This document shows positions 55,506-64,000 of a stretch of DNA of 64,000 bases, piece by piece (the stretch's first letter is position 1; every line of letters starts with the position of its first letter). The notes under the pieces are model-generated. The model had not been told where the DNA came from and ran no database searches. It saw only the letters and a list, made by a program, of their open reading frames with translations. Source of the stretch: an uncultured Chlamydiae bacterium (GTDB taxonomy: Bacteria; Chlamydiota; Chlamydiia; Chlamydiales; SM23-39); assembly GCA_963828125.1 (NCBI GenBank), contig CAWHDP010000001.1:64001-128000 (forward strand). Reading direction: 5' to 3'. Both the position numbers and the translations under genes were made by a program.

Positions 55506-56527
55506 TTAGGTTTTGGAGTTTTCTAGCACAATATCAATTTGATCGCCCGTAGTGGTGCAAACGCCATGTTCACGAATATGCTGCCTCACTTTCTGACTGA
55601 TAAGGGCCATTTGTTTCAGCCGTTCAAGGAGTTCCTTATGCTGGCGTATCCAGCCACAGTATTTCTCGAGCAGTGTTTTGTCGGGATGTTTTGGGGTTTC
55701 AAGAGCCATTAAAATGTCGATTCCCCAATGAACAAGGATCTCGATATTAAGAAATCGGGATTTTGTCCTCTGATTAGGAGGCGCAAGATGGGCTGCTTGT
55801 GTCTGCTGCATCTTCCTTTTTGCTTCTGCCGCGACAGAAGTAAATGCGTGCCATTCGGGATCTTTTTCCAAAAGCTTCTTCAAGAATGTGCCGATTTTGT
55901 GAGTAATGTCAAAAATTCGGCCGACATCGTACTTTTCGCAAAAAAGAACAATTCCCCCTCGGAGATCCGGACCATCATCAGCGCATACCATCGCAACCTG
56001 TTAACTTGTATAGACCGACCTGAGTTAGCCATCTGCTAATACTTTTATATGTGGGGATTGCCTGGTTTTTTACGGTGGCGAATTGAGAGAATGCGATGTG
56101 TATGGATTTAGGCGCTGCTCGGAATGAAATGGCTGCTTGCAAAACTAACTTAATGCACATGACGATCATCAAGATGGGATACCACCGACGCGGTGCTTTC
56201 TCTCCCATTTGAGGAATTAGTTTTTCAAGCTCTCGATTTTTTCCCCCGCACCGTCTCAATTTCAGCCCGAAGTTTATCTGCTCGCTCGCATTCCCTGTCT
56301 GCCCGTATCCGTTCACTCTCTATCCCTTCCAAAGCTGTTTGTAGTTGACGATCAAGCTCTTTGCTGCGAGCTTTCCACTGGTCGCGATTTTCAGTAAGTG
56401 CCACAGTTCTGGCCCGGAGCGCTTTGTTCCGCAGACTTTTCTCGTGATTATGCCGTTTTAGGTTGTCCCTGGACTTTTGTAATCGTTTGATTTTTTGGTT
56501 TAGTTCTCCTGGCCGTGCTTTCTTCAT
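55506..56527 (-). pseudogene. Degraded unclassified transposase (coiled-coil orfA, frameshift, internally deleted orfB)
   Basis: Pieces 56225-56527, 55978-56316 (ISFRAA...SRWLTQVGLYKL) and 55506-55991 (ADDGPDL...FDITH...PPNQRTKSRF). Confidence 0.6.
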
Positions 56528-56832
56528 TTGATTCTCATCACAAAAAATAGTCGACCATTTTAGCGAAAGTGTTTTGACTAATCAAGATTTTATTGGATAT
56601 TGGTGAAAATTTTATGTTTAGCAGTTGAACCAAAATCAGGGGGCAATGTTAGGCGGCGTTTTGATCGTTCGTAGCGAGTTTGTCACACCCCACCATTTCC
56701 CTTTGCGTGGACAAGAACAGGCCGAATTTATGGCAGAAAGAGTCCTAGATTTAAAATGCATTTACAAGAAAACCTGAAATTGAAAAATATTTTTTATTTT
56801 TACTAGACTTATAACCAGCCACTTAAGATTCC

Positions 56833-56904
56833 ATTATGCTCAAAACTGACAAATGTCGATTTTGAGCATAATAGATTGACATAAACATCCTGCTCATTTA
56901 ATAT
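56833..56904 (+). promoter_or_regulatory. 13-bp dyad plus promoter TTGACA-17-TAATAT of ATPase 2
   Basis: attatgctcaaaa-N14-ttttgagcataat directly before TTGACA (56876). Confidence 0.7.
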
Positions 56905-56911
56905 GGATTAT

Positions 56912-58336
56912 ATGAAACCATTTGTCGGAAGAGATAACGAGTTACGGAGACTGGAAGACCTATCAAAGTCAGGTCGAGCCTGTCTTGTTGTCATTAAAGG
57001 GCGTCGTCGAATAGGGAAAAGTCGTCTTGCCGAAGAATTCGGAAAAGATAAGGTTTTTTTGCCTTTTAGTGGGTTGGCTCCGGTTAAAGGGGTAACGGCG
57101 CAGAATCAGCGTGATGCCTTCGCGCGCGAACTTGCGACTTTGTTTAATCTTCCCCCTTTTACTTTCACAGATTGGAGTGATGCTTTTGCGCATCTATCAA
57201 GACATCTCACAGCTAAATCCACTGTAATTCTTTTTGATGAGATTTCGTGGATGGGTTCAAAAGATCCAACATTTATCTCTAAGTTAAAAGTTTGGTGGGA
57301 TCTTGTCCTGCAACACCATCCATCGATTATCCTTATTTTATGTGGCTCTATTTCGACTTGGATCGATAAAAACATCATCAATAGCACAGCTTTTTTTGGT
57401 CGCGTTTCCCTCTATCAGGAACTTACAGAACTATCGATTCCACAATGCAGGCAATTACTGAATCTTCAAGGCTTCAAAGGATCAGATCTCGACTTTTTTA
57501 AAATTTTGAGTGTGACTGGAGGAGTGCCTTGGTATCTCGAACAGATTCAGACCCATCAAAACGCTGATGAAAATATTAAACGGCTCTGTTTTGAAAAAAA
57601 CGGCCTTTTGGTGCATGAATTTGACCGGATTTTTAATGATCTTTTCAGCTCCAGAGGTGAGATCTATAAAAAGATCATCACAATACTAAGCCAAGGCATG
57701 AAAGACCGGGCTACTCTGCAAAAAACAATGGCTTATTCACCGAGCGGCACACTGAGCCATCATCTTAAAGCTCTTGAAATCTGTGGATTTGTCAGCAAAC
57801 ATCCAGACTGGTCTTTAAAAACAGGAAAGTCTGGAAAACTGACCCTGTATCGGCTTTCCGACAATTATCTTCGCTTCTACATCCATTATATCGAACCCAA
57901 TCTTACGAAAATTGAACAAGGGTCGTTTTTAGAAGTTCCGCTTTCTAGCTTGCCTGGATGGGAACCTATGCTCGGCTTCCAACTCGAAAACCTTTTGCTG
58001 AAAAACAGATCTCTTCTTTACCAGGCACTTGGAATTCACGCTCAGGATGTCGTGATTGATAATCCCTATTTTCAAAAAGCCTCAGGTCGCAAAAAAGGGT
58101 GCCAAATTGATTATCTGATTCAAATGCATTCCAACACTCTTTTTGTCTGTGAAGTCAAAATGCGCCGTCGTGAATTGGGACTTGAAGTGATCGATGCAAT
58201 GAAAACCAAAATAGCTTCTCTTACTCTTCCAAAAGGCTTCGGGATTTCGCCTGTTCTGTTTCATTTGGGCCCAGTTTCCGATGCTCTCTTAAGTAGTCGC
58301 TATTTTTACCGTATCATCGATATCGCTGATTTGTGA
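56912..58336 (+). CDS. Archaeal-ATPase/AAA family protein, paralog of 52767-54200
   Basis: Motifs FVGR, GRRRIGKS, FDEISW, GGVPWYL and QIDY...EVK. Alternative start at 56903. Confidence 0.88.
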   Translation: MKPFVGRDNELRRLEDLSKSGRACLVVIKGRRRIGKSRLAEEFGKDKVFLPFSGLAPVKGVTAQNQRDAFARELATLFNLPPFTFTDWSDAFAHLSRHLTAKSTVILFDEISWMGSKDPTFISKLKVWWDLVLQHHPSIILILCGSISTWIDKNIINSTAFFGRVSLYQELTELSIPQCRQLLNLQGFKGSDLDFFKILSVTGGVPWYLEQIQTHQNADENIKRLCFEKNGLLVHEFDRIFNDLFSSRGEIYKKIITILSQGMKDRATLQKTMAYSPSGTLSHHLKALEICGFVSKHPDWSLKTGKSGKLTLYRLSDNYLRFYIHYIEPNLTKIEQGSFLEVPLSSLPGWEPMLGFQLENLLLKNRSLLYQALGIHAQDVVIDNPYFQKASGRKKGCQIDYLIQMHSNTLFVCEVKMRRRELGLEVIDAMKTKIASLTLPKGFGISPVLFHLGPVSDALLSSRYFYRIIDIADL

Positions 58337-58350
58337 GCAATATCGGAACC

Positions 58351-58590
58351 CTAATTGGAAATCTCTTGAGACTGTTCTTTGATTTTTTTTAACGCGTTAG
58401 TTTTTTTGAATAATGCAAGAGCACCCAAAATGAAGAGCAGAATTGTGACCCAGCCGATTGGGTCTAAGGCCCAATAAAAATCATCTGACTTAGGATGTCT
58501 GAGATCATCGATAAAAGTCGACAATATGAACGATCCCAATGAAAAACACACCATCGAAGGGGCACATTCCCATTTTCTGGGTAGCCGCAT
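58351..58590 (-). CDS. Membrane-protein fragment fused to a 36-bp IS-remnant sequence
   Basis: First codons equal the repeat of 55156-55191; the rest is hydrophobic. Confidence 0.35.
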   Translation of the reverse strand: MRLPRKWECAPSMVCFSLGSFILSTFIDDLRHPKSDDFYWALDPIGWVTILLFILGALALFKKTNALKKIKEQSQEISN

Positions 58591-58593
58591 AAA

Positions 58594-58893
58594 TTAAAAT
58601 TTTTCTTTGTCATGAGGCACAGGGCAAAAAATCTTCTGAAAAAGACAAAGAGGAATCAACTCTTCAAACCTTAGGGGCACCCACTCTCTCCTTATGAGTC
58701 CGCAGTATTCGCGCCCCTTCCCAGCAGCTAACTCCCCGAAATCATAACTATCGAGAATGGGTTGTCGGTCGGGCACTGAAAAGGCAGTGGCCATTTGAGG
58801 AGCTGAGATGTGTTGATGAACGTGTTTTATTTCCTGGATGTCATCAAGCAATGCGTTTAGAATCGTCCGTATGGGTTTTAAGTCTCGTGCCAT
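58594..58893 (-). CDS. Hypothetical protein
   Basis: GGAGAG RBS and ATG 10 bp after hicB. Confidence 0.4.
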   Translation of the reverse strand: MARDLKPIRTILNALLDDIQEIKHVHQHISAPQMATAFSVPDRQPILDSYDFGELAAGKGREYCGLIRREWVPLRFEELIPLCLFQKIFCPVPHDKEKF

Positions 58894-58902
58894 AAACTCT
58901 CC

Positions 58903-59226
58903 CTATGACACGACGTGTCGCAACTGTTCAGTCACATAAGAATTTAGACTGATTCCCATAGTTTTTGCCTGGAATGCCAGTTTTGCATGAAGTTCAGGAG
59001 GAATTCGAAGATTGAAAGTGCCAGAAAAAGTTTTTTCAGGTTTCTCACCGCGTTCTCTGCACCAATTTAGATAATCATCGACAGAATCTTTAAAAGCTTG
59101 CTCCAATTCATCTACACTTTTGCCTTGAAAGGTGATAATATCGCTAAGTCCAACAACTTCACCATGGAATATTTTGGCGTCGTCATCATATTCGACGTGT
59201 CCTATATATCCTTTATATTTCATCAT
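58903..59226 (-). CDS. hicB: HicB-family antitoxin (RHH type)
   Basis: MKYKGY...ITFQG...SVDDYL...FSGTFNLRIPPELH. Confidence 0.93.
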   Translation of the reverse strand: MMKYKGYIGHVEYDDDAKIFHGEVVGLSDIITFQGKSVDELEQAFKDSVDDYLNWCRERGEKPEKTFSGTFNLRIPPELHAKLAFQAKTMGISLNSYVTEQLRHVVS

Positions 59227-59495
59227 GGCAGCTTTTTCTCCTTTGGTTTTACGCCTGCGTTCTCTAGAAATTTTCTGAGGGAGACCAATGCTCCCTTGTC
59301 GGTCTCCTTTTTCGGGTGAGGCCGATGGAAGACGGCCTTTCGCTTATTCAAAAGAACCCTGACTCTAGATCCTTCACCTTCCGAAATCTCCGCTCCTAAA
59401 GATTCTAGAAGCTTTTCGCAGTCTTTCCAGACTACATTCGATTGGATCGGAACCTTGAAAATTGCTTCGAGGGTTCGTTCGTGTTTCTTGCTCAT
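59223..59495 (-). CDS. hicA: HicA-family toxin
   Basis: EGEGSRV...FHRPHP. Confidence 0.92.
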   Translation of the reverse strand: MSKKHERTLEAIFKVPIQSNVVWKDCEKLLESLGAEISEGEGSRVRVLLNKRKAVFHRPHPKKETDKGALVSLRKFLENAGVKPKEKKLP

Positions 59496-59512
59496 CTATC
59501 TTCTCTATCCTT

Positions 59513-59537
59513 AATGGTACCGCAGGTTGGTACTATT
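59513..59537. promoter_or_regulatory. Probable HicB operator dyad
   Basis: aatggtacc-N7-ggtactatt just upstream of hicA. Confidence 0.55.
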
Positions 59538-59723
59538 TTTCAAATAAATCGCAACTCATTTAAAATAAGCGATATAAACTGTCTTCCACCCAGCAACCTA
59601 TCGCTATCTTGGAGATTGTTGCGACGGCGTGGCTACATTCTCTTGGTCGTTTGTCATTCAGAATTTCCCTTTAAAATTTGGCCATTTTCATAACTTCATC
59701 ATTCGCCACCCCATCGGTGGTGA

Positions 59724-61250
59724 TCAAGCCGCTTGATTTTCCGGCGCTTTTTGCACCTGCGTCTGTGCCCGCTTGCGCGCCCTGACCGGCAAGTCGATAG
59801 TACTCAGCAGCCACTCGAACACATTTCGTTGCTTTTTTCCAAAAAATCTCTCCGCAGCTGTGCCGCCGTCCTTTCGTGAGGTAAAAAATTGTGCAACACG
59901 GTGAGGGCTAGCAATTTGTTGGCACTCAGTTTGTGGAGTGCGTGATGTTTCAGTGATAAGACCCCGTTCCTCCCTTTGACACACGAGCTGGACCTTTGGA
60001 ATAGAGCAGCGCATTGCCTGGCCTTTTTGCCCCAAACCGCTTGCTCGCGGGGAGTAAGGTTAGCCCAGGGACCATCCCTTTGGCGGACCACTAAACGCGA
60101 GATGCTTTGAATCATCACGACCTTTTGGCTTTTGTCTGTGCATCGCTTCAAAACCATCTGGAGCTACTCTATGGCGACAAGGCACTCGAACGCCTGACGG
60201 CCCTGCTCGTCTAATGCGAGTCCCTGCATGACCTGGAGTAAACATCGGAAAAAAAACGCCAGAGTTTGTACCATTGATTCAGTCGCGCCTTTGGCTTTCC
60301 CGAGCTTTTTCCTTTGGCCATCTGTACTGTCGATCCGTTCGGATACTGTCTCAAGGATCTCGTGGACCTCTACTAATTCCTTCCGCAGCTGTTCAGGAGA
60401 TCGGGTGGTGCCCGTGCTGAGATCGTAAGGATGGTAGCAGGTAGTAATGGCTCTTCTGGCATCCCTCACGATCTGGTAATCTTGTTTAGCCTCCTCTAAG
60501 ACTTTCCGACATTCTTGCTCATGGCTGTCTTTCTCGAGCAATTGTTTGCCGATCTTTGCAACTTGCGGAGTGGGGTTGTCGAGCGAAGAGCCCGTTGTCT
60601 GCACGACCTCTGTGAGTTTTTTGAACCTCTCTTGTTTCATTGCCGTGGAGTCGCTGAGAGCTTTTTCAGCATGCTGCACTCTTCGGGCTAGCACACTTGT
60701 TCGCCCTCTTGTGATATCTTGCTGAACGTGGAATAAATCCGATGCCTTACTCGCGCCTAAGAGTTCTTGGGCATACTTTATAATACCGCCTGCTTCATCG
60801 CCCGTAACCTGCACGATTTTTACATTCAGCCCATTGGTGGCTGCTTGCGACACTCTCATCCAGGTCGCTGCATCTCGCTTATCCTCCTGTTGCTCTGCGA
60901 GGATAAAACCAGAATCTGGTTCCATCAGAATAAGAGTCATGTTCTCCATGATGAAGTTCTCATCAACAGCAGCGGTCATCTCCTTCAAAGACATGCCCTC
61001 GACCATGCGAACGCGCTCCTGTTTGCCGAACTCAATCAATTGCTGGTTAATCTGAGCGGACACACCGTGCAATGCGCCAATGGATGATCCGACGAATGCA
61101 CTGAGTTTGCTCAGTTCCAAGAACTTCTGTAGGGACGGTAGCCCACAACCACCTGTTGCGTGGAATACAAGATAGGCCCCTACCAATATGCCGTGTAAAT
61201 GGGCCAGCCCTTCGGGAGACTCATAGAACGCTTCACAGATGTTTTACGGC
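59724..61250 (-). pseudogene. DUF6399-like transposase-related protein, 5'-truncated, with internal stop (60164) and frameshifts
   Basis: VDENF...MEPDSGFILAE, TGDEA, SDLFHVQ and FQRSSSCVKGRNGVLSLKHH. Confidence 0.7.
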
Positions 61251-61346
61251 CTCCTTCCTCGCTTGTCTTGAATCTCACTTTGATATAGATATCAGGTTTC
61301 ATTTACTTCCATTACTATTAATTTTTTGCTCGAGAATTTCCATGTT

Positions 61347-61736
61347 CTAACAGTTAATAATTGGCTTTTCTTTCAATTTCTCAAAAACAAAATCCTGGGC
61401 AATAATTTCTATTGTTTCATCATAAAACCGAAGGACATAATGCTTGCATTTATCTAGAATCCTAGCTTGTTCTTGCCCAAATTCACGTATCCAAGGTGAA
61501 TCCAATATCTCAAAAAATGCGCCATCACTGGGCAAATTTATCAAATAGCTTGCTCTCGAAAATTCTTCTCCAAATACCTTGTACGCTACAATTCCTTTGC
61601 ATTGCAGACTCCAATAAGTATCATCTTCATCTCTGTGATAACTTAGTTTAAATCCTTTGCAATCAGACAAACATAATAGTTCACAATCTCTTGCCCATGT
61701 TCCCGCGGCTTGGATGTCTATTTTTTCAATTTTCAT
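61347..61736 (-). CDS. Hypothetical protein, candidate orphan immunity protein
   Basis: AT-rich 129 aa (SPWI...KHYVLRFYDETIEIIA) preceded by a truncated ORF tail. Confidence 0.6.
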   Translation of the reverse strand: MKIEKIDIQAAGTWARDCELLCLSDCKGFKLSYHRDEDDTYWSLQCKGIVAYKVFGEEFSRASYLINLPSDGAFFEILDSPWIREFGQEQARILDKCKHYVLRFYDETIEIIAQDFVFEKLKEKPIINC

Positions 61737-61803
61737 ATATTTCTCATATTTTATTCATTCTATTGGACCAATTAAAGAAGTATTTGGTGCGCCACCTCTT
61801 ATC

Positions 61804-63103
61804 CAGGGCGATTTAACTAAAATTTTTTGATACGCCTGAACAGAAAAATCTTGCCAATATTCCTTTCAGATATCCGCTACCGAAAGTCGCTGCTCGTCTC
61901 ACAGAGGCAAGCCCTCTATCCGGATCTGCAACTGCAGCCATATTCATAGCTAAGCGACGAAACAACCCCAAATTTTCTGCGCTATTTCCTCTGTCCATCA
62001 ACACATCATCCTCTCTAAAGATCACATCAGCTACCCAATGGCAATTGTTTTCTACGTGCCAATGCTGCCTGGTCCACTTAGCAAAATGCTTGGCAGATGC
62101 TCGACGACTCGAAATATACAGCCGTCTTAACGTCTCGCTTGCGGTTGATCCGGTTTTTTGCCTTGTGGATCGTACTTCGACCAGGCAGACCAAGTTCTTC
62201 CATCTGTCAACATTAGGCAGCCAATCCAAGTCCTCTACGACTTGTACTTCTCGAATATCGATTCGACCATGACCTTTTTCGACTTCCTGGTAAAATGAAT
62301 GTGAGACTTCCTCCCATTCGGCTGCATGTGCCTGATCGAAAAAATTTTCCAACTCAGCGCAAAGAGTGGGCTGGTTTTCTTTAACAGCCAACAGATAATC
62401 TGCTTTTGCATCAACGATTTTTGCTGCTGATTCAGGTACGGTAAAATGAGCATCGCCCGAAATAATCGCACCTTCTACATCCACCTGCTCCAAAATAATT
62501 GGCAGTGTGCTCTTCTCGACCGTTTTATCGGGGACTTTTTCTGCGGCAAGACATAGACGATCTTCTGCAGCGAACAACTCTACTACATGGGTAATGCGGC
62601 CCAAAAAATTAGCCTCCCTCAGTCTTTTGCCGTCGATCGCCAACAGTTGATCGCGCAATGAACTAGGAATTTTACTGAACCATTTTTGTAAATAGCTCTT
62701 GAGAGCGTTCGGGGGTGTTTTGACTAAAAACCACCAAAGCGATCCATGGGAAGGAGCTGAAACCGGTTCTCCTAGTAGCGAGGCAAACCATTCCTCTTGT
62801 AGATGGGCATATTCGGCAATTTCCTCGATAGTATTGCACCCGCAAAAGAACCCGCAGAGAATCACAAGGGATAGGTACCAAACGGGGTACAAGACTCGTT
62901 TTTGGTTGCGTCGATAATCAGGGAAATCGAAAAACGACCCCTTGACAGTCTCTGCAAATATATGCGCGTCGAATTCCTTACTGGCTTCTAGGATTTTGGC
63001 ATCAATCGGTTTACGTCGTGACATAGGACCTCCTTAAATATGAGGTATTTACTATGCCATGTTACCAGATCTGTTATCAAAAAATTTTAGTTAAATCGCC
63101 CTG
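61804..63103 (-). mobile_element. ISAs1-family insertion sequence, 1300 bp, perfect 29-bp TIRs
   Basis: cagggcgatttaactaaaattttttgata at 61804-61832 and its reverse complement at 63075-63103. Confidence 0.95.
61813..63024 (-). CDS. ISAs1-family transposase
   Basis: Motifs AIDGK, GDA, VKENQP, HGRID.R, HWHVEN..HW..DV.FRED. Confidence 0.95.
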   Translation of the reverse strand: MSRRKPIDAKILEASKEFDAHIFAETVKGSFFDFPDYRRNQKRVLYPVWYLSLVILCGFFCGCNTIEEIAEYAHLQEEWFASLLGEPVSAPSHGSLWWFLVKTPPNALKSYLQKWFSKIPSSLRDQLLAIDGKRLREANFLGRITHVVELFAAEDRLCLAAEKVPDKTVEKSTLPIILEQVDVEGAIISGDAHFTVPESAAKIVDAKADYLLAVKENQPTLCAELENFFDQAHAAEWEEVSHSFYQEVEKGHGRIDIREVQVVEDLDWLPNVDRWKNLVCLVEVRSTRQKTGSTASETLRRLYISSRRASAKHFAKWTRQHWHVENNCHWVADVIFREDDVLMDRGNSAENLGLFRRLAMNMAAVADPDRGLASVRRAATFGSGYLKGILARFFCSGVSKNFS

Positions 63104-63136
63104 ACTTTACGGGTTTTTTATAACCTGGAGATACAC

Positions 63137-63280
63137 ATGAGTTTTTCATTACCGGCAAATGCCCCTCTTCTTCTCGCCTTCGGAGAGCTTTCCGATCCCC
63201 GCAAAAAACGAAACCAAAGTTACCCTCTGATCGATATAGTTGCCAGCGTAAGGATTGATTCTAAAAAAACATATCTGTAG
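63137..63280 (+). pseudogene. N-terminal fragment of a second ISAs1-family transposase
   Basis: Own translation MSFSLPANAPLLLAFGELSDPRKKRNQSYPLIDIV after a GGAG RBS; matches the H-repeat-associated N-terminal pattern. Confidence 0.65.
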
Positions 63281-63307
63281 GATGGCAGATCCTAACGGAG
63301 TTCTGAT

Positions 63308-63532
63308 GTGGGCTATCACACTATTTCCATTTTGAAGAGCTTGGTATTTCTCGCGATGTTCGCCATTCCTTCTCATATCCTCCTTCCAAAAGGGCTTCAT
63401 TTTTGGAGGGAATGGAAAAAAACAGGAAAGGTCTCTCACCTTTCTAATGCCGTAGCGTGCGCTATGTTTATGGTGTTTTTTTATGTGGGAGCTCTAGTCA
63501 TTTCAATCATGAGATTAGTTGGATTAGCATGA
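63308..63532 (+). CDS. Small two-TM hypothetical protein
   Basis: Hydrophobic ORF with ATGA coupling to the next ORF. Confidence 0.45.
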   Translation: MGYHTISILKSLVFLAMFAIPSHILLPKGLHFWREWKKTGKVSHLSNAVACAMFMVFFYVGALVISIMRLVGLA

Positions 63533-64000
63533 CCAAATTACTGATGGTTTTCTTACTTGTTTTATTCAATCTGGGGTATTGCGGATGTTCAAACGTACCT
63601 GAGGCCATTAGAAAAGATTATGCATCAGGGATGTTTGAGGCTTTTATTACCCAATCATACGGCAAATCCACAATTGCATTTTACCAGTTTGATGTTGCAA
63701 GGGAAAAAGCAAAAAAGGTTGGGGAAAATCCTCTGAGATTGATAGCAATTGAAAGATTATTTGGATGGTACAGAACGTATGCTTCCTCTCTAGATTTATA
63801 CCACAAACGCCCAGAGGGGAACGATCGGATAAATGGTGAATATAAACGTCCTTATTCACACACTTGCGGAAATAATCTTTATGAGTCTGAGTGGGGGAAA
63901 ACTCCAGAACAGGCAAGACTCATAAGAGAATTTATGTTCGGCGTTGGAGAGATTATTTCGGCGGTTTTCTGTGCCACAATAAGCGGCGGCACTTTTGGTC
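63529..64000 (+). CDS. Secreted/lipoprotein-like hypothetical protein, runs off the window
   Basis: Own translation MTKLLMVFLLVLFNLGYCGCSN..., open to the window end; absent from the ORF track. Confidence 0.6.
   Translation, partial: MTKLLMVFLLVLFNLGYCGCSNVPEAIRKDYASGMFEAFITQSYGKSTIAFYQFDVAREKAKKVGENPLRLIAIERLFGWYRTYASSLDLYHKRPEGNDRINGEYKRPYSHTCGNNLYESEWGKTPEQARLIREFMFGVGEIISAVFCATISGGTFG

Overview
The window looks like a chromosome segment of an environmental Chlamydiota-like bacterium. This is inferred from the efp/amn/mfd/alaS/tkt/hemE-hemN-hemG gene cluster, a SET-domain protein, a sterol reductase and an Lpg1974-like outer membrane protein. Bases 1 to ~43,200 are gene-dense core and metabolic genes: nadE, epmA-efp, amn, frameshifted mfd, alaS, tkt, heme genes, der, SulP, brnQ, EmrAB-like pump and xylA with a sugar porter. 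From ~43,300 to the end lies a visibly AT-richer accessory island with Rhs toxin/immunity modules, two hicAB loci, two ATPase-nuclease paralogs, an intact ISAs1 and several IS remnants. Three things stand out. (1) A ~1-kb near-identical inverted duplication of an Rhs core plus ParB-like toxin flanks the only Rhs 5' end, and each copy ends in a different ~45-aa tip with its own immunity gene, which suggests an invertible toxin-tip switch. (2) Two interacting non-autonomous hairpin elements recur across the window: a 164-bp fold-back element with 4-bp target duplication and a 44-bp hairpin with TA duplication. Filled and empty sites, nesting and apparent DNA capture are all visible within the window. 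(3) An orphan NHLP-type RiPP precursor sits directly behind a nucleotidyltransferase gene. Family assignments come from motif recognition by eye, with no database searches.
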